Shown in pieces: positions 36,082 to 49,520 of a DNA stretch of 64,000 nucleotides. The stretch comes from Blastocladiella emersonii ATCC 22665. Its lineage: Eukaryota > Fungi > Blastocladiomycota. Where the stretch lies: the NCBI GenBank assembly GCA_025594325.1, contig JANHCV010000005.1, positions 1,798,001 through 1,862,000 on the forward strand, in the 5' to 3' direction. Position numbers and translations under genes: made by a program. Below the pieces are notes generated by a model. The model was not told the DNA's origin. It made no database searches and worked only from the letters and a program-made list of their open reading frames with translations. Each line of letters opens with the position of its first letter. The stretch's first letter is position 1.

Positions 36082-38359
36082 GGTTGCGGTGGGTCTTGGA
36101 CAGGTCGGTCGACTCGATGGCGACGTGGTACTGTCGAGGACGGGGTCTGCGGCGAGCGGCGGCAGGATACCGGGTGTACGGCTACGGCGAGGTGCGTAGC
36201 GGTGGGTGGCGACGGGGGCAGCGAGGCGATGAATACTTGAGTTCGTCGACGAGTGTGCAAGAGGAGAGAGCAACGTCGTACTGCTCAGCGCGGACCGCGG
36301 GGCGCCGTGCCGCGGGCGGCCACGATTCAGAGCGAATGGGCCAGTAGCTGCATCAAGTGCGAGACGGGTGGGAGGCGTCGTAGATGGTGTCGGGCAGAAG
36401 CGAGTATGGCTGGATGCTCGAGCGCGGTAGCGTGGTATTCAGCGCACGTGAGGTCGCGGCGAAGGGCCAAGGCCAGGTCGGCGGCCGTGTCCCCCACCTC
36501 CTCGCCCTCCCGCATCGCACCCAGCGCTTGATCATGTATCGATGCCACTTGCATGCACTCGATGAGACTCGACGCCGCAAGCGCGGGCCGGGCGGCCGCC
36601 GTGACCGGCGTCGAGTCACAGCAGCGCGCAGTCGCCGCGGCTGCCGGCCGACCATGGATCACGGAATGCAGTCTTTTGATGGATGGCGCGACTCGGTGCA
36701 AGCTGACCGTGAGCTGGCCCAGCTCGCCACCGCCGGCAGCGCGGGGCGGCCAGTGGAAGTGTGGTTTGGGCTGGCAGTGCGCGCGTGCGGTCTCGCTCGC
36801 CGCGTTGGTCGGCCCGCGTACGTCGACCGGCCGCACCTTCTCAGGCCCCTTCTCGCCTGCTCGACCACAACAGCTCATCGAGCGCATCAAACTTGGCTGC
36901 CCGTAAGCGCACTCTCATGGTGACCGTCGCCGCGTGGTCGCGTTCCGAGACACCAGCACGGGACCAAGTTCGCGCTGGGCGTCCACGCCCGCGGTTGAGC
37001 CCCTCATCCAACAACCGACGGCGCCCTTTATTGTGCGTGTGTGCCCGACTGCATTCCGAGCACGGACCGCGTCCGCCATTGGGATCGACCGCCACCTCAT
37101 CGTTGAGTGTGCCCCGACTGCTTCCGGTGCTCGGCATCCTGTACTCCACACCCGACCTCGTCGATTGCTCCATGATTCACTTCCGCTGCCTCGACGCCAT
37201 TACTCGCGCTCCCGGCCTCACAACCTTCGCGGTTGAGGAGCAGGTGCGCGCGCGCGCGTCGCGACGCGTGGAACACGGCCGCGTGATCGCCCCGAAGGCG
37301 GCTTCGGCATCGGCGGTCGCTTGTCCGGTCGCTCGCTCTCGTCGACGCTTACACCATACCGTTTCGCGGAGTACGACTTGATGCAATGCTATGATAGCCA
37401 TGGATCCAATGAAGACTAGGTGCCTCATCCCCGCGTCCTTCCGGCGCCGACTCGGACCCCTTCGCCGCCCCCAGCGAGGCTCCCCGCTGTCCCAGCGACT
37501 CGGCCTTCTTCTCATCGCAAACGCTCTAAACTGCCTTAGCTTGACTGCCGACCGCATCAACACCCGCTCCTCGGACGTTTGCGACAAGTTTTTAATTGCT
37601 TCGTGTGGCGGGACCGCTTCCGCTACGTCGGCTTCAAATAGCGTGAATCCTCTCGACCGCCATTCTCTCATGGCACCGCGTGCTCGTTGCTGACGCTACG
37701 CCGAACGTGGCCGTCCGAGCTGGCGAACGTCCCGCGGCCTGCCCAGCCCCCTCGCCTTGATAACACCGGACAGCCCTCCAACCGAAATTACGCTTGTTCT
37801 CGCTGTACTGAACATCTCTCCTCTCGAAGGAGTCCTTGCCTAGAGCATTTCGGTCTGATTTTGCACATCATGGCCGAGCTGAACACCAAAATCAAGAGCA
37901 AACGAGGACCTGCCCTGAAAGTAGGTGCTCGGCATGGCCGCCGGGCGGGTGCGCGATTGCTGCGGCCGCGACGTAGGCGAATCGGACCTGTATCGTAGTA
38001 CTCCTGACCCGCGATGGCATGGTTCGGCTCCGGTTCCTCTGTTTCATAGCTTTGACTCTCCGGTCTGCTCTACAAAAGGCCCATGTGTATACATGGTTTT
38101 CTCAAAAAAAAATGGATTAGCGTCGAGAAGGCGATAGCTGGTCGTGGTGGCCGTGACGAAAGACTCGAGGCGGTCGCCGTGCTTGAGCAGGAAGTTGCCG
38201 ACGGTGCGGCCGATCCTGTACTGCTTCGCGGATGTCTGGTGCAGCGGTCTCTGTGCGCAGAGACGAGGTGCGCTTGCACGTTGTGAGCCACCCGCGCTGC
38301 GGGCCCGCGAGGTCCGCGGCGCCCATGGCCTCGTCAAGTGACTGGAGAGAAGACCAGCT

Positions 38360-39451
38360 GCGGCCTTGCCGGCGGCGCCCTTCTTGCCGCCCTTGGCCGG
38401 CGAGCCCGTAGCACCAGCGGGCGCCGCCGCCGCGGCACCCTCGGCGGGCGGCGCGGGCGGCGATAGCGTGAACTTGGTCTTGGCGGCCGATGTGCGCGTG
38501 AGCTTGAGCACGCGGGACCGCGGGTTGAGCGCGCCGCGGTGCTTGGCCGTGACGACGAGCAGGCGGACCATCTTCTCGAGGCGGATCAGGTCGCGCGGCA
38601 TGAGCTCCTGGGTGGCGGGCGGCATGGCGCGGCCGAGCACCTCGCGCGCAAACTCGACCATGGGCAGCGGCTTGTAGAAGGCCGTATACGCCGTGTCGGT
38701 GTTGAGCGTCATGGTGCCGACGCCCGGGCGCACCGACATGAACAGGCCCGACAGCAGGTTGAGGCCGCCGCCGAGGTCGACAGGGCGCGACGTCGGGTCG
38801 AAGAACGACCGGCCAGCGGGCTAGAGAATGGGCGGTGTCAGAGTCGGTTTCTGACACGGAGGCAAGCGAAGATAGCGTACCAGCATGCGCTTTAGAGGCG
38901 ACTGCGGAACACGACGTCGAGCGCCATGATCGAGGTCAGGACGTTGTTGGGCAGCGAGGTGTGCTTGGCGAGGAACGAGGTCAGCTCGCTCACTACACGC
39001 GCAAAACGAGTCAGTAGCGGATCGGCGAGGACGAGCGCAGGGAGAGAGAGAGCGTACGGTTGATGGTCGAGGCGAGCTTGACGGTCATCTTGAACTCCTT
39101 GGCGCGCTTGCCTTCGGTCGTGGCGGGCAGCACAACGTCGAACTGCATGTGGTCCTGCGGGAGCGGCTTGGGCGCGAACAGGTTCTTGACGCCGTCGTAG
39201 GCGGCCATGACGCCGAGCTTGGCGCCGTGAGCGCGCTCCCACTCGGCCCACACCTTGCGCGCGAGCGACTTGGTCGGCTCGGGCGAGATGACCACGTCGT
39301 AGTGGTGCACGGTGATGTTGTTGAGCAGCGAGAGCGCGTAGTGGTTGGCGACGACGCGGACGGGCGTGCCGACCTTGCCGACGGCGGGGCGGCCCACAAA
39401 CGTGCGCGTCGTGAAGGGGGCGGGCCCGAGCGTGAAGCGCGTAGCGGATAT
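38360..39451 (-). pseudogene. AGO: 3'-truncated Argonaute pseudogene (N domain, L1 and start of PAZ; no MID or PIWI)
   Basis: GRPAVGKVGTPVRVVANHY, HHYDV.ISP, AYDGVKNLFAPKPL, ALDVVFR, GRSFF..LGGGL..GLFMSVRPG..LNTDTAYTAFYK. Two introns retained. Start position reads ATA (39451). A one-base frameshift lies near 38900. Confidence 0.9.
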
Positions 39452-40155
39452 GGTGATGGTGTGTGAGGTGAACGTCTATGGCGACTCGTGTCCGAAGCGC
39501 GTGCGGGTACGGGGGGGGGGGGCGAGTGCGGAGGCCTCTTCTACGGTCGGCGCGCCCGATGAGACCTTTCGCGAACCGCGCCGATCTGGATAGGCAAGAT
39601 GAACAGGACGTGGACAAGGCCTATCCCCCAGCATCCGCAGCGCGTTCCCATGTTTTCGGGCGCGGCAACGTGTCCCGCGAGACTTTACATTCAGCTCGCG
39701 GACGCGCCGAGGTCGGAGGTCGGGGATCGCGCGTCGTCAACGCGGGTTGAGGAACGCCGGCGGACCAACTCGGGGAGGTGCACGAGGGGATCTTGACATG
39801 TCAAAGTCAGTTTGCATCAAGTCATGAGTGATGAATGCAGGGAGAGAAGGAGTGCGGCGGCGTTCATCCAAAGACTTGAAACGCGTCTCACGGAGTGTCT
39901 CGCACCTCACGTGATAAAATTACGCGTCGTGGCGTCGACCATGAGCTCAGGTGAGTTGGGTGTATGCATGAGGTCTCGCTCTGCAGGCCTTTTGGTATGC
40001 ACTCTGGAGCCTACAAAAGCCGTGGGCCGCCCCGCAAGCCGCGCTCTGTCTCCTCACCGATAAGCAAGACCTCAACATGTATGCATCTCCTCGCTCAGTT
40101 ACTTTAAGGGCGCTCCTGACTCTTCAATCCGCCACGTAGTCAAGACATCGACACC

Positions 40156-40863
40156 ATGGCCACCTCGACCATTTTCAACACCACCCAGGAATTCATCCTC
40201 GCCTCGACCCCCACTGTCGAGGCCACCACGTACAGTGTTATCGCCGCCTACTCGCCGCCGACGACGAGCGGCCGCACCGGCTACACGTACACGCTCGACG
40301 GTCAGCCCCTCGCCGTCTTCCCCGCGACCCGCTGCAGCCGCCACAAGCACCACTCGGCCCCGCGCGACGGCCACGGCCTTGCGCACAAGGTCGCCGCCGC
40401 CCCGGCCAAGGTCGCGCGTCGCTGCTCGACGGGCGCCAAGTCGCTCAAGCGCCGCATCGGCGGCATGTGGCCCGAGGCGACGCTCACCGACAAGGACAAG
40501 GAGCAGAGCAACCAGTTCGCGCTGTACTTGTCGGACACGCAAAAGTACCGCGCCGAGATGATGCAGCTCATGATGGACCTCCAGTTCGAGGAGCAGCAGG
40601 CGCGCAAGGAGAAAAAGGAGCGCAAACAGGCGGGCTTCGCGGCCAAGACCAAGCGGTGGGTGGCCGGTCTGGGCCACCGCCGCAGCCCCGAGGATGCGGC
40701 CGTGTCCCCGTCGGACATTGCGGCCAAGGGCGAGTCGGGATCCGATACGACGCTCGTCAACGCTGGCGTTGCGAGCGAGTCGTGCAAGATCTCGTCGCAC
40801 ATCTCCGCTTCGTGGAAGTCGCTCACGTCGCGCATGACGTGCCGCAAGGCTTCGAACTTGTGA
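40156..40863 (+). CDS. Hypothetical 235-aa protein with a short coiled coil
   Basis: Intact intronless ORF with ACCATGG start and strong codon bias; QFEEQQARKEKKERK. No family recognised. Confidence 0.75.
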   Translation: MATSTIFNTTQEFILASTPTVEATTYSVIAAYSPPTTSGRTGYTYTLDGQPLAVFPATRCSRHKHHSAPRDGHGLAHKVAAAPAKVARRCSTGAKSLKRRIGGMWPEATLTDKDKEQSNQFALYLSDTQKYRAEMMQLMMDLQFEEQQARKEKKERKQAGFAAKTKRWVAGLGHRRSPEDAAVSPSDIAAKGESGSDTTLVNAGVASESCKISSHISASWKSLTSRMTCRKASNL

Positions 40864-41344
40864 TGTTATTGTATACCCATGAAAACAGAAAAACCCAAAA
40901 ACATTGATAAACATTTAAGCCCTCAACCTTTGATGCCTTGTGAAACTTGTGAACTCGTCAAGAGTAACACGCTGCAAATTGACTTGGTTTGGAGCCGTTG
41001 TTGCGAGGGAGGTATGGCTAGACGCGAACTGATCGACTGGAATCGCGGCGGCCAATCGGCGTTCGCCGTGGTCACGGTGTGGCGCAACACGTTTCCGTTC
41101 GCGCTTTGGAGCCCTCGGACAACTTCAAACGACTTTCTCCGCTTGAAAGAGTGCAGTATAGAATTACTTTCAAGGTAAGCGTGTACCAGCAACGCACACT
41201 AGAACTCTATTACAGGGACCAATGAGCTGACCAGCCTCATGAGCTTCTACTCCCGAGTGGTCTGTGCTAATGCGAAACTACTATATTAATTCAACCAAGG
41301 CCTCAAATTATCCATTGTTTGTTCTTCTTTGCCATCGTGTTACA

Positions 41345-43400
41345 TCAAGTCGGGAACGACGCGGTGAACTTAAACACTTTTGATGCCGCGGGAGCTACTC
41401 GCTCAAATTCGCGGGCCCAACACGGATGAGTAGCGCCTTCGTGCGTGGAGAGTTGGCGCACGAGATCGGCCAGATCCTTCGGGGAAGCGCAATAGTCCAG
41501 CGCGGCATCGGGAAGCAAGCGCAGGGCGGCCGAGGTGAGCCCACCCGCGTTGACCTCGCCACGCAGCGCTTCGAAAGTCTTCTGTCGGTGGGAAACGAAT
41601 AACAAGCGAACGACGAGCTGAGCTGACGCGAACTGGTTGCAAGTCCAGTTTGCAGCGTGGTCCGAGGAGTCCTGTCTGCCGCTGCCGAGTTTGGCGTGCT
41701 TGCACAGGAGCGACCACAAGTTTTCGACGTGCGGGTAGGGCCACGTCAGGCGTTGCGACAGGCACAGATTATGCAGTGCCGAGACAAGGTTGCGCCAAGG
41801 CTGCTGTGCCGTCAGCGGGCAGGTCGGGCATATCCCAAAGACAACGTCGTCGTAGTAGTCAAATCCGATCACTGTACCCTCGGCTTGACACGGCGCAAGG
41901 ATGGCCCGGATCACAGCGTGGAGAAACAAGTGTGCGCCGCCAGATTGATTGATCGCGGAAATTGGCCAAGTTTCAGGCGTTGGGTTCAACCGCTCAGCTA
42001 CAAGCAGCCGGGTCACTGCTTTAAGTAGTCGGTGTTAGCGGCAATAAAGTCAGCCAGTACAAGCCGAACGTTGCCCCCGTTCCAGGGACCTGGGACAAGC
42101 GCGTAGCGAAGCACTGCTTGACCAATCCCCTGCTGATGGGTTCGAAGTAGTCCGCGACCAACGCAAAACGCTACAAACATACACGTGGCGCGGGCGTTTC
42201 GTGAGTTGGCATACGCTCCACCCTGAGTTTAAACAGATATGTGGGCGAATACGCACCTTCAAGGATCATATCCTGCCACTCCTCGTCGTCGTACCAACCG
42301 TTAAGCCACTCGACAAATTCCGAGTCGTCTCGAGCGAGAGCCGCGCCAAGAATCGAGCTCCACCACCGAGGCGCAACTAGGCCGTGAGCGTCAAGCAGCT
42401 TGACGTGCTCGACTGACAAGCCCTTGTCAAATCAGCTGACGATATTCAACCCGAGTCGTCCGTGTTCCAAAACGCCCGGGGTACGCAACGGTACGATGCG
42501 CACATCTCCGAGTCCGGAGTCAAATTCAAGTGCAGGAAGCACCTGGTCTGGAAATTGCGCAAGAAGCGGGATGAAGTGCTCGTGGCCCAGGATAACCGCG
42601 GCGTCAACGTAGATCTTGCGCACAGCCGCGGACATCAGCATCGCAAATCCGGGCCTTGCGAATTTGCGGCCAATTTACACGGTTTGGAGGCAAATTTTAA
42701 ACCTGAGCAAATAAACACCAAATTGAGCGGCGGCCCGCGGGTCGGCTCGGACAGCGAATTTGCAACCAATTGCCGTCCAATATGCTGAAAGTTGATGGGA
42801 GATTTGATGGCCAATTGGCGAGACGAGCGACCCGGTTGGCGCGCGAATTGATGGCAAATTTACACGATGGGGACTGCGTTTTGGTGCAAGTTTGCGAGTG
42901 TATTGCGTACAGGGAGATCTCAGATACAGGTCAGGTCGCCACCGCCGCGGGTCGCGTGGCATGCGAATCGGAATCCCGGTCCTCGCGCGACGACGATGCA
43001 CGACAAGCAGGTACACGAGCGGACCGCAGACGCCGTCGCCAGCACCAGGTCTCCGCACTCGGAGCCGCCGCCCGTGACCCGAACCGCGTGCGCGTCGCAC
43101 CTATTGCGATCCGCGGTCAGGTCGCACCACGACCCCGAGTACAGAAACCGGCCGGGCGAGATGGTCGTCAGAGATCGCTGCTACAAGCAAGAAAGGTCCG
43201 AGAGCTCATGTGAGTCGCGCTGCGCTTCAAGCGGCGTGTGACGAGGGCGTACCGAGTCGCCTCGAATACGGCGCCGTACAGCTTGCGGATGCTGCGCGCC
43301 AGTTGTTCATCCGTTGAGAGGTGGCGGTTCGATGGTGCAGCGAGAGACCAGTGGATCACGAGGGGCTACGAGGAGCAATGCGAGCGAGCATGTCAGTCGC
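41345..43400 (-). pseudogene. F-box-like family copy C (long class, inverted), degenerate
   Basis: Fragments in family order: WSLAAPSNRHLSTD, VRKIYVDAAVILGHEHFIPLL, LLDAHGLVAPRWW..EEWQDMIL, CPTCPLTAQQPWRN, FERVAP. The 5' end is approximate. Confidence 0.65.
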
Positions 43401-45199
43401 GCGCCAACTCTTGCGCAGCGACGAGAAGTGTCGAGCGTACCTGCGACTGGGACTTGACGCACGCGGTGGCCGCGGCCGAACCGCTTGATCGAGCCTGTCG
43501 GCGCTACTGGCGCGAGCGTGCAGCGTGAGTGCATGAGACACGCGGTGGTGGTGTGGCGGAGACGGTGTACCGTCGCGAGCGAGGCTGGCTCGATGGTCTC
43601 AGGTCCATGAGTCTTCAAAATGTCGAGTCCCTGGTGGCGGACGCGCGCCGGCGGCTACATGGGCACCGCACAGGTGTCAGCACCTTTGACGAGCGCGCAC
43701 GCGGCTGGTAGCCCGGTGGGGTCCCCTTGCGCTGCGCCGTGCTGCGCCCGAGGAACGAGCGCGGCGGAGCCCGCGTACGACTGTAACGACGAGGGACCAG
43801 GGGCGGGTTGATGAACACGAGGCGCAATTAATCGCGTGATAAATGATCTTGTTCCGTGGATAGCGAGAGCCGGCTGCACCGCACTCCACGCTGAAATGGG
43901 GACAACAGTGAACGGGGAGCGGGGAATCCTGGATCGGCAAGTCGCGCCACGCCACGCGTGAACGCGACGCGCCACACCTGTCACGCTGCGCCGTGACAAC
44001 GACGGTGCGCACGCGCGGCAGCGACGACACCGCTGGTCTCACAGCGCGTCGTCGACGTGCCAGAGCTGAGTGTGAAGGGCACCACACCGGGCGCACCGCC
44101 ACGGGAGCGCAACACGACGGTCGGCGCGATGGGAGCCAAGCGCGGGGCGGCGGGCGCGGCAGCGGGACGCGACGCGTACCTGTTGACGGTCGCCGCGTGG
44201 TTGCCGTGCATCGAGATCGTAGTGTGTTTCGTTGGCGGACGGGTGATACATTGCAGCGAGTGGTGATGAGCAAGGGAGCGTGGACCGACCGCGGCGCGGC
44301 GAAAGAGTCACTCGGCCGCCCGACGCGCGCTCGCGGCAAAGTCCACGCCAAGCTGTGTCACGTGCGGGTGACCGCACACGTGTTTTCGCGACGCGTCTCG
44401 CAGCCCGTCTCGCAACCCGCCGTGCCACGACTCTCGCTCAGTTTCGCTAGCCTTGAAACGCGCGGTTAAAAAAAAAAGAAAACGACAAGCTGCACTTGAA
44501 AGCAGGACTGCGAGGGGAGGAGGGAGGAGGGAGGAACTGGCAGGGCACGGCGCGTTCCGGGTCGTGACGCGGCCGCGCGGTTACCCCCTTTGTTCTCGAG
44601 TCGATGAAAGCTTAGATGTTGGTTAGGCTTCGGAAGCGACGAGACCCTTGTCATGACAGTTCCTGGGGTCTCACCTCGCCGTTCCATTCCGCGCATTCGT
44701 GTCCACAGCGAGCGCCCACCGTTTCCTTCGTAAACAGGGGCCAAGAGGCGAGCCGGGTCTGATAACCGTGTCACAGTCGTACGGACAGACCAAGAGCGAG
44801 CTCATGCCTTCGGCTCTCTTGCCCGCGCGACGACAGGCGAATATTGCTGATGTGGCCGAACTCTGCTGTGTGAGAGCGAGTACCAAGCACATCGCAGCGG
44901 CCGGATCGCACCGCAGCTCACGCGAGGTTCTCAAGCGAGCCGCAAAGGGCATTCATCGCGTTTTGAGGGAATCTTGCGCCTGAACGAGCTCGCAGGCCAA
45001 GCGTGAACGGACGCGGCCAACGTGACCCTGCGGTGGCGTCGGGCGGTGGAGTTCACACGCCTGCCACAGCTCACTCAGTTGCTCCCTCCACCTTCCGGGC
45101 ATATTTTACGTATGCTGCAGATACCACTTGATGTAATGTCTTAAACCCATGGACTTCTCTCAAATTGCGCTTAGTTTATGTCTTCTTGCGCGATTCGAG

Positions 45200-46929
45200 C
45201 GCCGCGCCGAACCCGTAACACAGGCATCGCCAGCCGCTGACGAGCCGCGCCTGTCGCTCCCAGCGCATCAGAAGTCATGTCCGCGTTTGAGTTGACCGCC
45301 GGCAGCTTCAGCTAGTTGATAGGGCCGCTCGCCAAGTCGGAGACCCGCCCTTGAGTGACGAACAGAATGTCGCCTACTGATCCATGACTCTACCATGAAG
45401 CTGGAAACGTTCACGTCGCGTTTCAACTCTAAAAGCGTCGCGTGGCAGATAGTGAAGCTCGATCACGCGGTGTTACATGTTCTACCAGCGTCAGAGGCAG
45501 CTTGAGCATGGCCGTTCCGCAACCCTGTGTTCAAGCAAAGGAATAGCACCATTCGCAACTCTCTGAAGTGGCCTTTGATGCGTTCCAGGCGCTCAATCGC
45601 ACCGACTGGATCGCATGCACCTCATTCAAGTCTGGAAAGATTTGCAACGTGCCGGTTCAGCGCCGTGGACGTGCTTCACTGGTTGAGCGACCGTCCCGCG
45701 CGCTCTCGCAGAAGCGCTGACTTGTGAGCAAGCTAAGTACCAGGGCTCACCAGCTTTACTCGAGGCTGGCAATTGTTGTCCATTCGTGCTAGCGGAAGCG
45801 GTCCTTCACTCGCTCGCTCTCGTCAACTTGTACGAGTTAAACCAGCATGCGATCACGTTCAGACAGATGTTGAAGAACTCCGAACTCTTCTTGGCCGCTT
45901 GGCTCGCCGCGCCGGTAGGCGTCCACCTAAAAAGCTCGATCCGCAAGCGCAATCCGCAACAGCATGCGTGCCGCAAACCCCTTCAGGCGAACATAGGTTT
46001 CGCCCTCTGTAAACTGCAATCCCAGCCAGGAAACCAAGTTTATCTACCGAGGTAGAGGTAGTTGACCAGTTTGCCGCCAGGAGAAAGCCTGTTTACCCTC
46101 TGGATTGGATGATGTACTCGATTCGCGACCCCATGAATTCAAACAGTGTCTATCGTTTCCGTGCTCCTCTGAGCGCTATGTATATTTCCGCGAGTCACAT
46201 CTTTCACTCCGTTGCGCAGGAACGACTTTCGAGGTTAGCTCCTCGAATCAACCCCGGCGGTGTGTTAGCGTTGAGAATCCGATCGCCATTTTTTTCTTGA
46301 CACCCGGCTTCCAACCACCCCAACGCTTAAATAGCTCTTTTGTAGCTCTCACCACGATCAGTTCATCACCGTCAAGAACAGTGCAATAGACTGAGCCGTT
46401 GTGGTGAAAAGTCCAACTTTCTCCAAGGGCAACTCCGACCACCGCGACCACCAGCGAAAAATCCCCCTGACCTCCCCCATCACACTCAGGTATTGCATTG
46501 ACCGGAAATCTTTGTTTGCGATTTCGACCCTCGCCCGACCCGGCCCAAGAATTGAGTGCAAATTTGCAGCTGGCCGCACAATTTGTGATCCGCGATTTCC
46601 GATGTACCTTGCGACCGCGCGTATTATCGCTCAAGCCATGCTTGAACAGGACCCGGCCGCCACTTTCAAACGCCTTCTGCTCGAAGCGGCCAGTATCGCG
46701 ATTCGCATTCCGCACACGGCGTGGCGGCTCCTGGCCGAGGATACCTTGAATAACGTGGCCCGCCCGCGGGATTTTGGCGCGCATTGTTCTTGCACAAGTC
46801 CGAAAGACCGGGGTCGCCCTGGATGTGGCCGTGGATGCTGTTCGCCGAGTCGCTCCGCAGCTGGTCAAGTCGCGCGAATTTACAGAGGAGCTGGCGCGGC
46901 CTCCGCTCTCATTTTCGTCCCTGTCCTAA
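45200..46929 (+). pseudogene. F-box-like family copy D (long class), degenerate
   Basis: YLATARIIAQAMLEQ and VRRVAPQLVKSREFTEEL match copy F (LATARLIAQRLLE, QRVAPRLVGATRFTEL). The 5' boundary is uncertain. Confidence 0.6.
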
Positions 46930-47220
46930 GCCTGGTTCCGGGCCACTAAAGCATATCCAATCGCTTAACTGTCGAGAAGGGATGGGATCTCCCTCAACCT
47001 CATTGTTAACGAATTGCGCCGTGTTGCTCCTCGTTTGGTGGAAACGCAGCATTTCGCTGATGCGATCGCGCGCCTGCCTCGTCCGTCGATCAATCGTTAA
47101 TTTATTTTCCTCATCACAACGCTTCCATACGAATAAATTTCTGCTTCAGTGCTCCCGTTTGGTAGAATTCCCGGAACTGACGCCCGAGGGGCGCGTTGCG
47201 CCACACGGTGGCGCTCACGC

Positions 47221-47231
47221 GCGTCAGCTGA
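47221..47231 (+). promoter_or_regulatory. Long-class upstream motif GCGTCA(G/C)CTGA (also 16771-16781 and 49663-49673)
   Basis: Found about 70-100 nt upstream of the starts of copies A, E and F. CGCGTTGCGCCAC is also shared by E (47192) and F (49632). Confidence 0.5.
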
Positions 47232-47303
47232 CCTAGCTCCCATGCGCTTGAGCGCTGCGCGTTGCCGATCGCTTCGTCACGGTCCTCTCAATCTTCTGCT
47301 CCT

Positions 47304-49520
47304 ATGAGCGAGACCAAATACGCGATGAAAGCAACTACACATGATGCAATGGAGCCCGCGGGGCAGTGTCCTGCGTTTTTACCGACCGAGCTTGCCATAG
47401 GCGTTCTTCAGCTCGCTACGCCACGCTCAGCTCTCGCGGCCGCCTCCTCGTCCCTCACGGCGGCTTCGCGTGACAACGAGACATTCTCATCGTGGATTCT
47501 TCACCTTGCTGCGCACCATCTCGCCCTCGCCGACGCGAGCCGAGACCATGACCCCTCCACGCTTCTTGCGTCTATGACCGCCTCTGGGCACGATCGCATC
47601 TTTACCGCAGTCGCGGCTCGACTGCTTGAACGTATCCCGGTCGCCCATTCGGAGATTTTTTCGAGGAGTTACGCGACTACTTCCCGGCCCGAGACCGGTC
47701 CCCGATCACGCACCCACTCATTGTATACACGCGGCTTCTGCTCCACGCAACGGCGCTCGGGCGGACCAAACTTGTGAAACGGGCACTTGATTGTGCGGCC
47801 GCCACCCGCCCCCAGCTTCTTGCGGCCCAATGTCCACTGTACGTGTGGAACTTGCTCGCGGATACTCCGAACGTCCGTTGGCTCGACTCAGACGCTTACA
47901 ACATGCCAGCCGTCCCGGTCACCTTTGGTGCTTTCCTTGGGTTCGTCGCTTGTGCTTTCTTCCAGCCCGATCCTCTCAAATTGCTCCTCGGCGATCCAAA
48001 GTACCACGCATGCGAGGCCACGGTGGCTGCCCTGCTAGGCGAAAAAAGCCCCTCACAAGCCGTTATTTATGGATTCTACCGCCGCGGAGGCGGGCTCATC
48101 GACACCGATTCTCAACTCGAGGAAGTTTTTGCCCTGGCGCTTGCCCACGCAGCCGATCTGCCTGTGTCCATTCGCAACACGTACGTTAACTTGGCTTTGC
48201 AAATGGGTCCGCACTGTTTTTTGTCGCTCCTTGGGCGGCTGCCGCGCCACGCCAAGTCTGCTCTTGCCGCAAACTCACCGCTCGCTGACGAGGAAAACGA
48301 CGACGATATCCGGACCAATCTGGCAAATTTTCTCATCGACTTTATTTCGCTTCCCAGCCTCGAGCTACTGATCGCGTGCGGACTCATGGACGAGCAACTT
48401 TGGCCTCACGCGCTCGCTGCTGCCGCTACGGTCAGTGACCACGCGGTCGTTTCGGCTATTCACATTCAAAGTCCCGGTGAGCAGTGGAAGCAGCTTCTCC
48501 TCGACGTTACGTGCAGTTTTGTTCATCCTGATCCCCGCGCGCGCACTGGTTAACACACGCGCGGCTGCGTGTAAAGCGTTCCGGCTCACGCTTCTCAACC
48601 ACGATACCTTTTTTCCTCTCGAGGAAGCCTCGGCACAACGAGTTCTTCACCTTGCGCTCCAAGTTGAATCCGACAGCGGGCTCAGCGTCGCTGACTTTGA
48701 GCGGCTGTACCGTGAGCTTGGCTCTAGCCCTAAGACTCGCTCCCTACTTGCCGGCGAGCTCATTGTGGACCCAATGCTGCTTTTGAAAATACTTGCTGTG
48801 CTGCCTGACAAGCAGCAAAGTGATGTACTCGTGCCATTGGACCCGCATGTCGCACGATTCATTGTTGCCATTGTGGCGAACCGAGCGACTCGCGCCATGG
48901 CACTCGACATGGTCCAGCACTTGTCTCTTCAAAGACTTGTGTTGCACGCCGTGTTCACGCATATTAGCTTGCGCGCGTCCTTGAGCTTGCTCGGCCTTCC
49001 TGGCCTTTCCGGGCTGACCTGCTGCACTGAGTGCCCGCTGGCTGCCCAGCAGGCGTTCCGCGACACCCTTGAGCTGCTGTTTGAGACGTTCGCCGTCGAC
49101 ACTGCTCGTTATCTCGAGAATCCGCCCCCTGACACGTGGCGCTGGATTTGCGAACTCGCCAAAGCGTCCGACAAGGGTCCGTGCGCGGATTCGCGCGCGT
49201 GTTCCTGTGACGGCCTGGCCACGGCGCAGCTCTATGCCAAGTCGCTCTTCAAGGCGGACCCGATTGTCGCTCTGGATCGCTTTATGGAGGTGGCGGGGAC
49301 CACGGGCGTCCCGTTGTCTGTCTGGCAGCGTCTGCCCGACGCCGCTGTCACTGACCCAGACCGCGGCTGGAAACTGCTTCTCGTGGTGGTCGGGCAGTGC
49401 AACGGAGCGGGTCCGATGATTAATCCGGTTCTTCGCCAATTTCGCCGAATCGCTCCACGTTTGGTTGGGGCACCCGGATCTCTTGAGACGTTCGCCAACG
49501 AGCTCGCTGCTGCTCTCTGA
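47304..49520 (+). pseudogene. F-box-like family copy E (long class), two frameshifts
   Basis: FLPTELAIGVLQLATPRS; frameshift at the T6 run near 47655 and again near 48540; LIACGLMDE, CCTECPLAAQQAFRDTL, CSCDGLATA, RRIAPRLVG. Confidence 0.85.

Noticed and set aside
36900-37700. Possible decayed LRR gene (NALNCLSLTADRI)
   Set aside because: A single weak motif in broken frames; not enough support.
38360-39451. Retrocopy origin of the Argonaute fragment
   Set aside because: Two spliceosomal introns are retained.
43520-44480. Coding-like fragment followed by an A-run at about 44468 (possible retroposed element)
   Set aside because: No recognisable protein, TSD or Pol III boxes.
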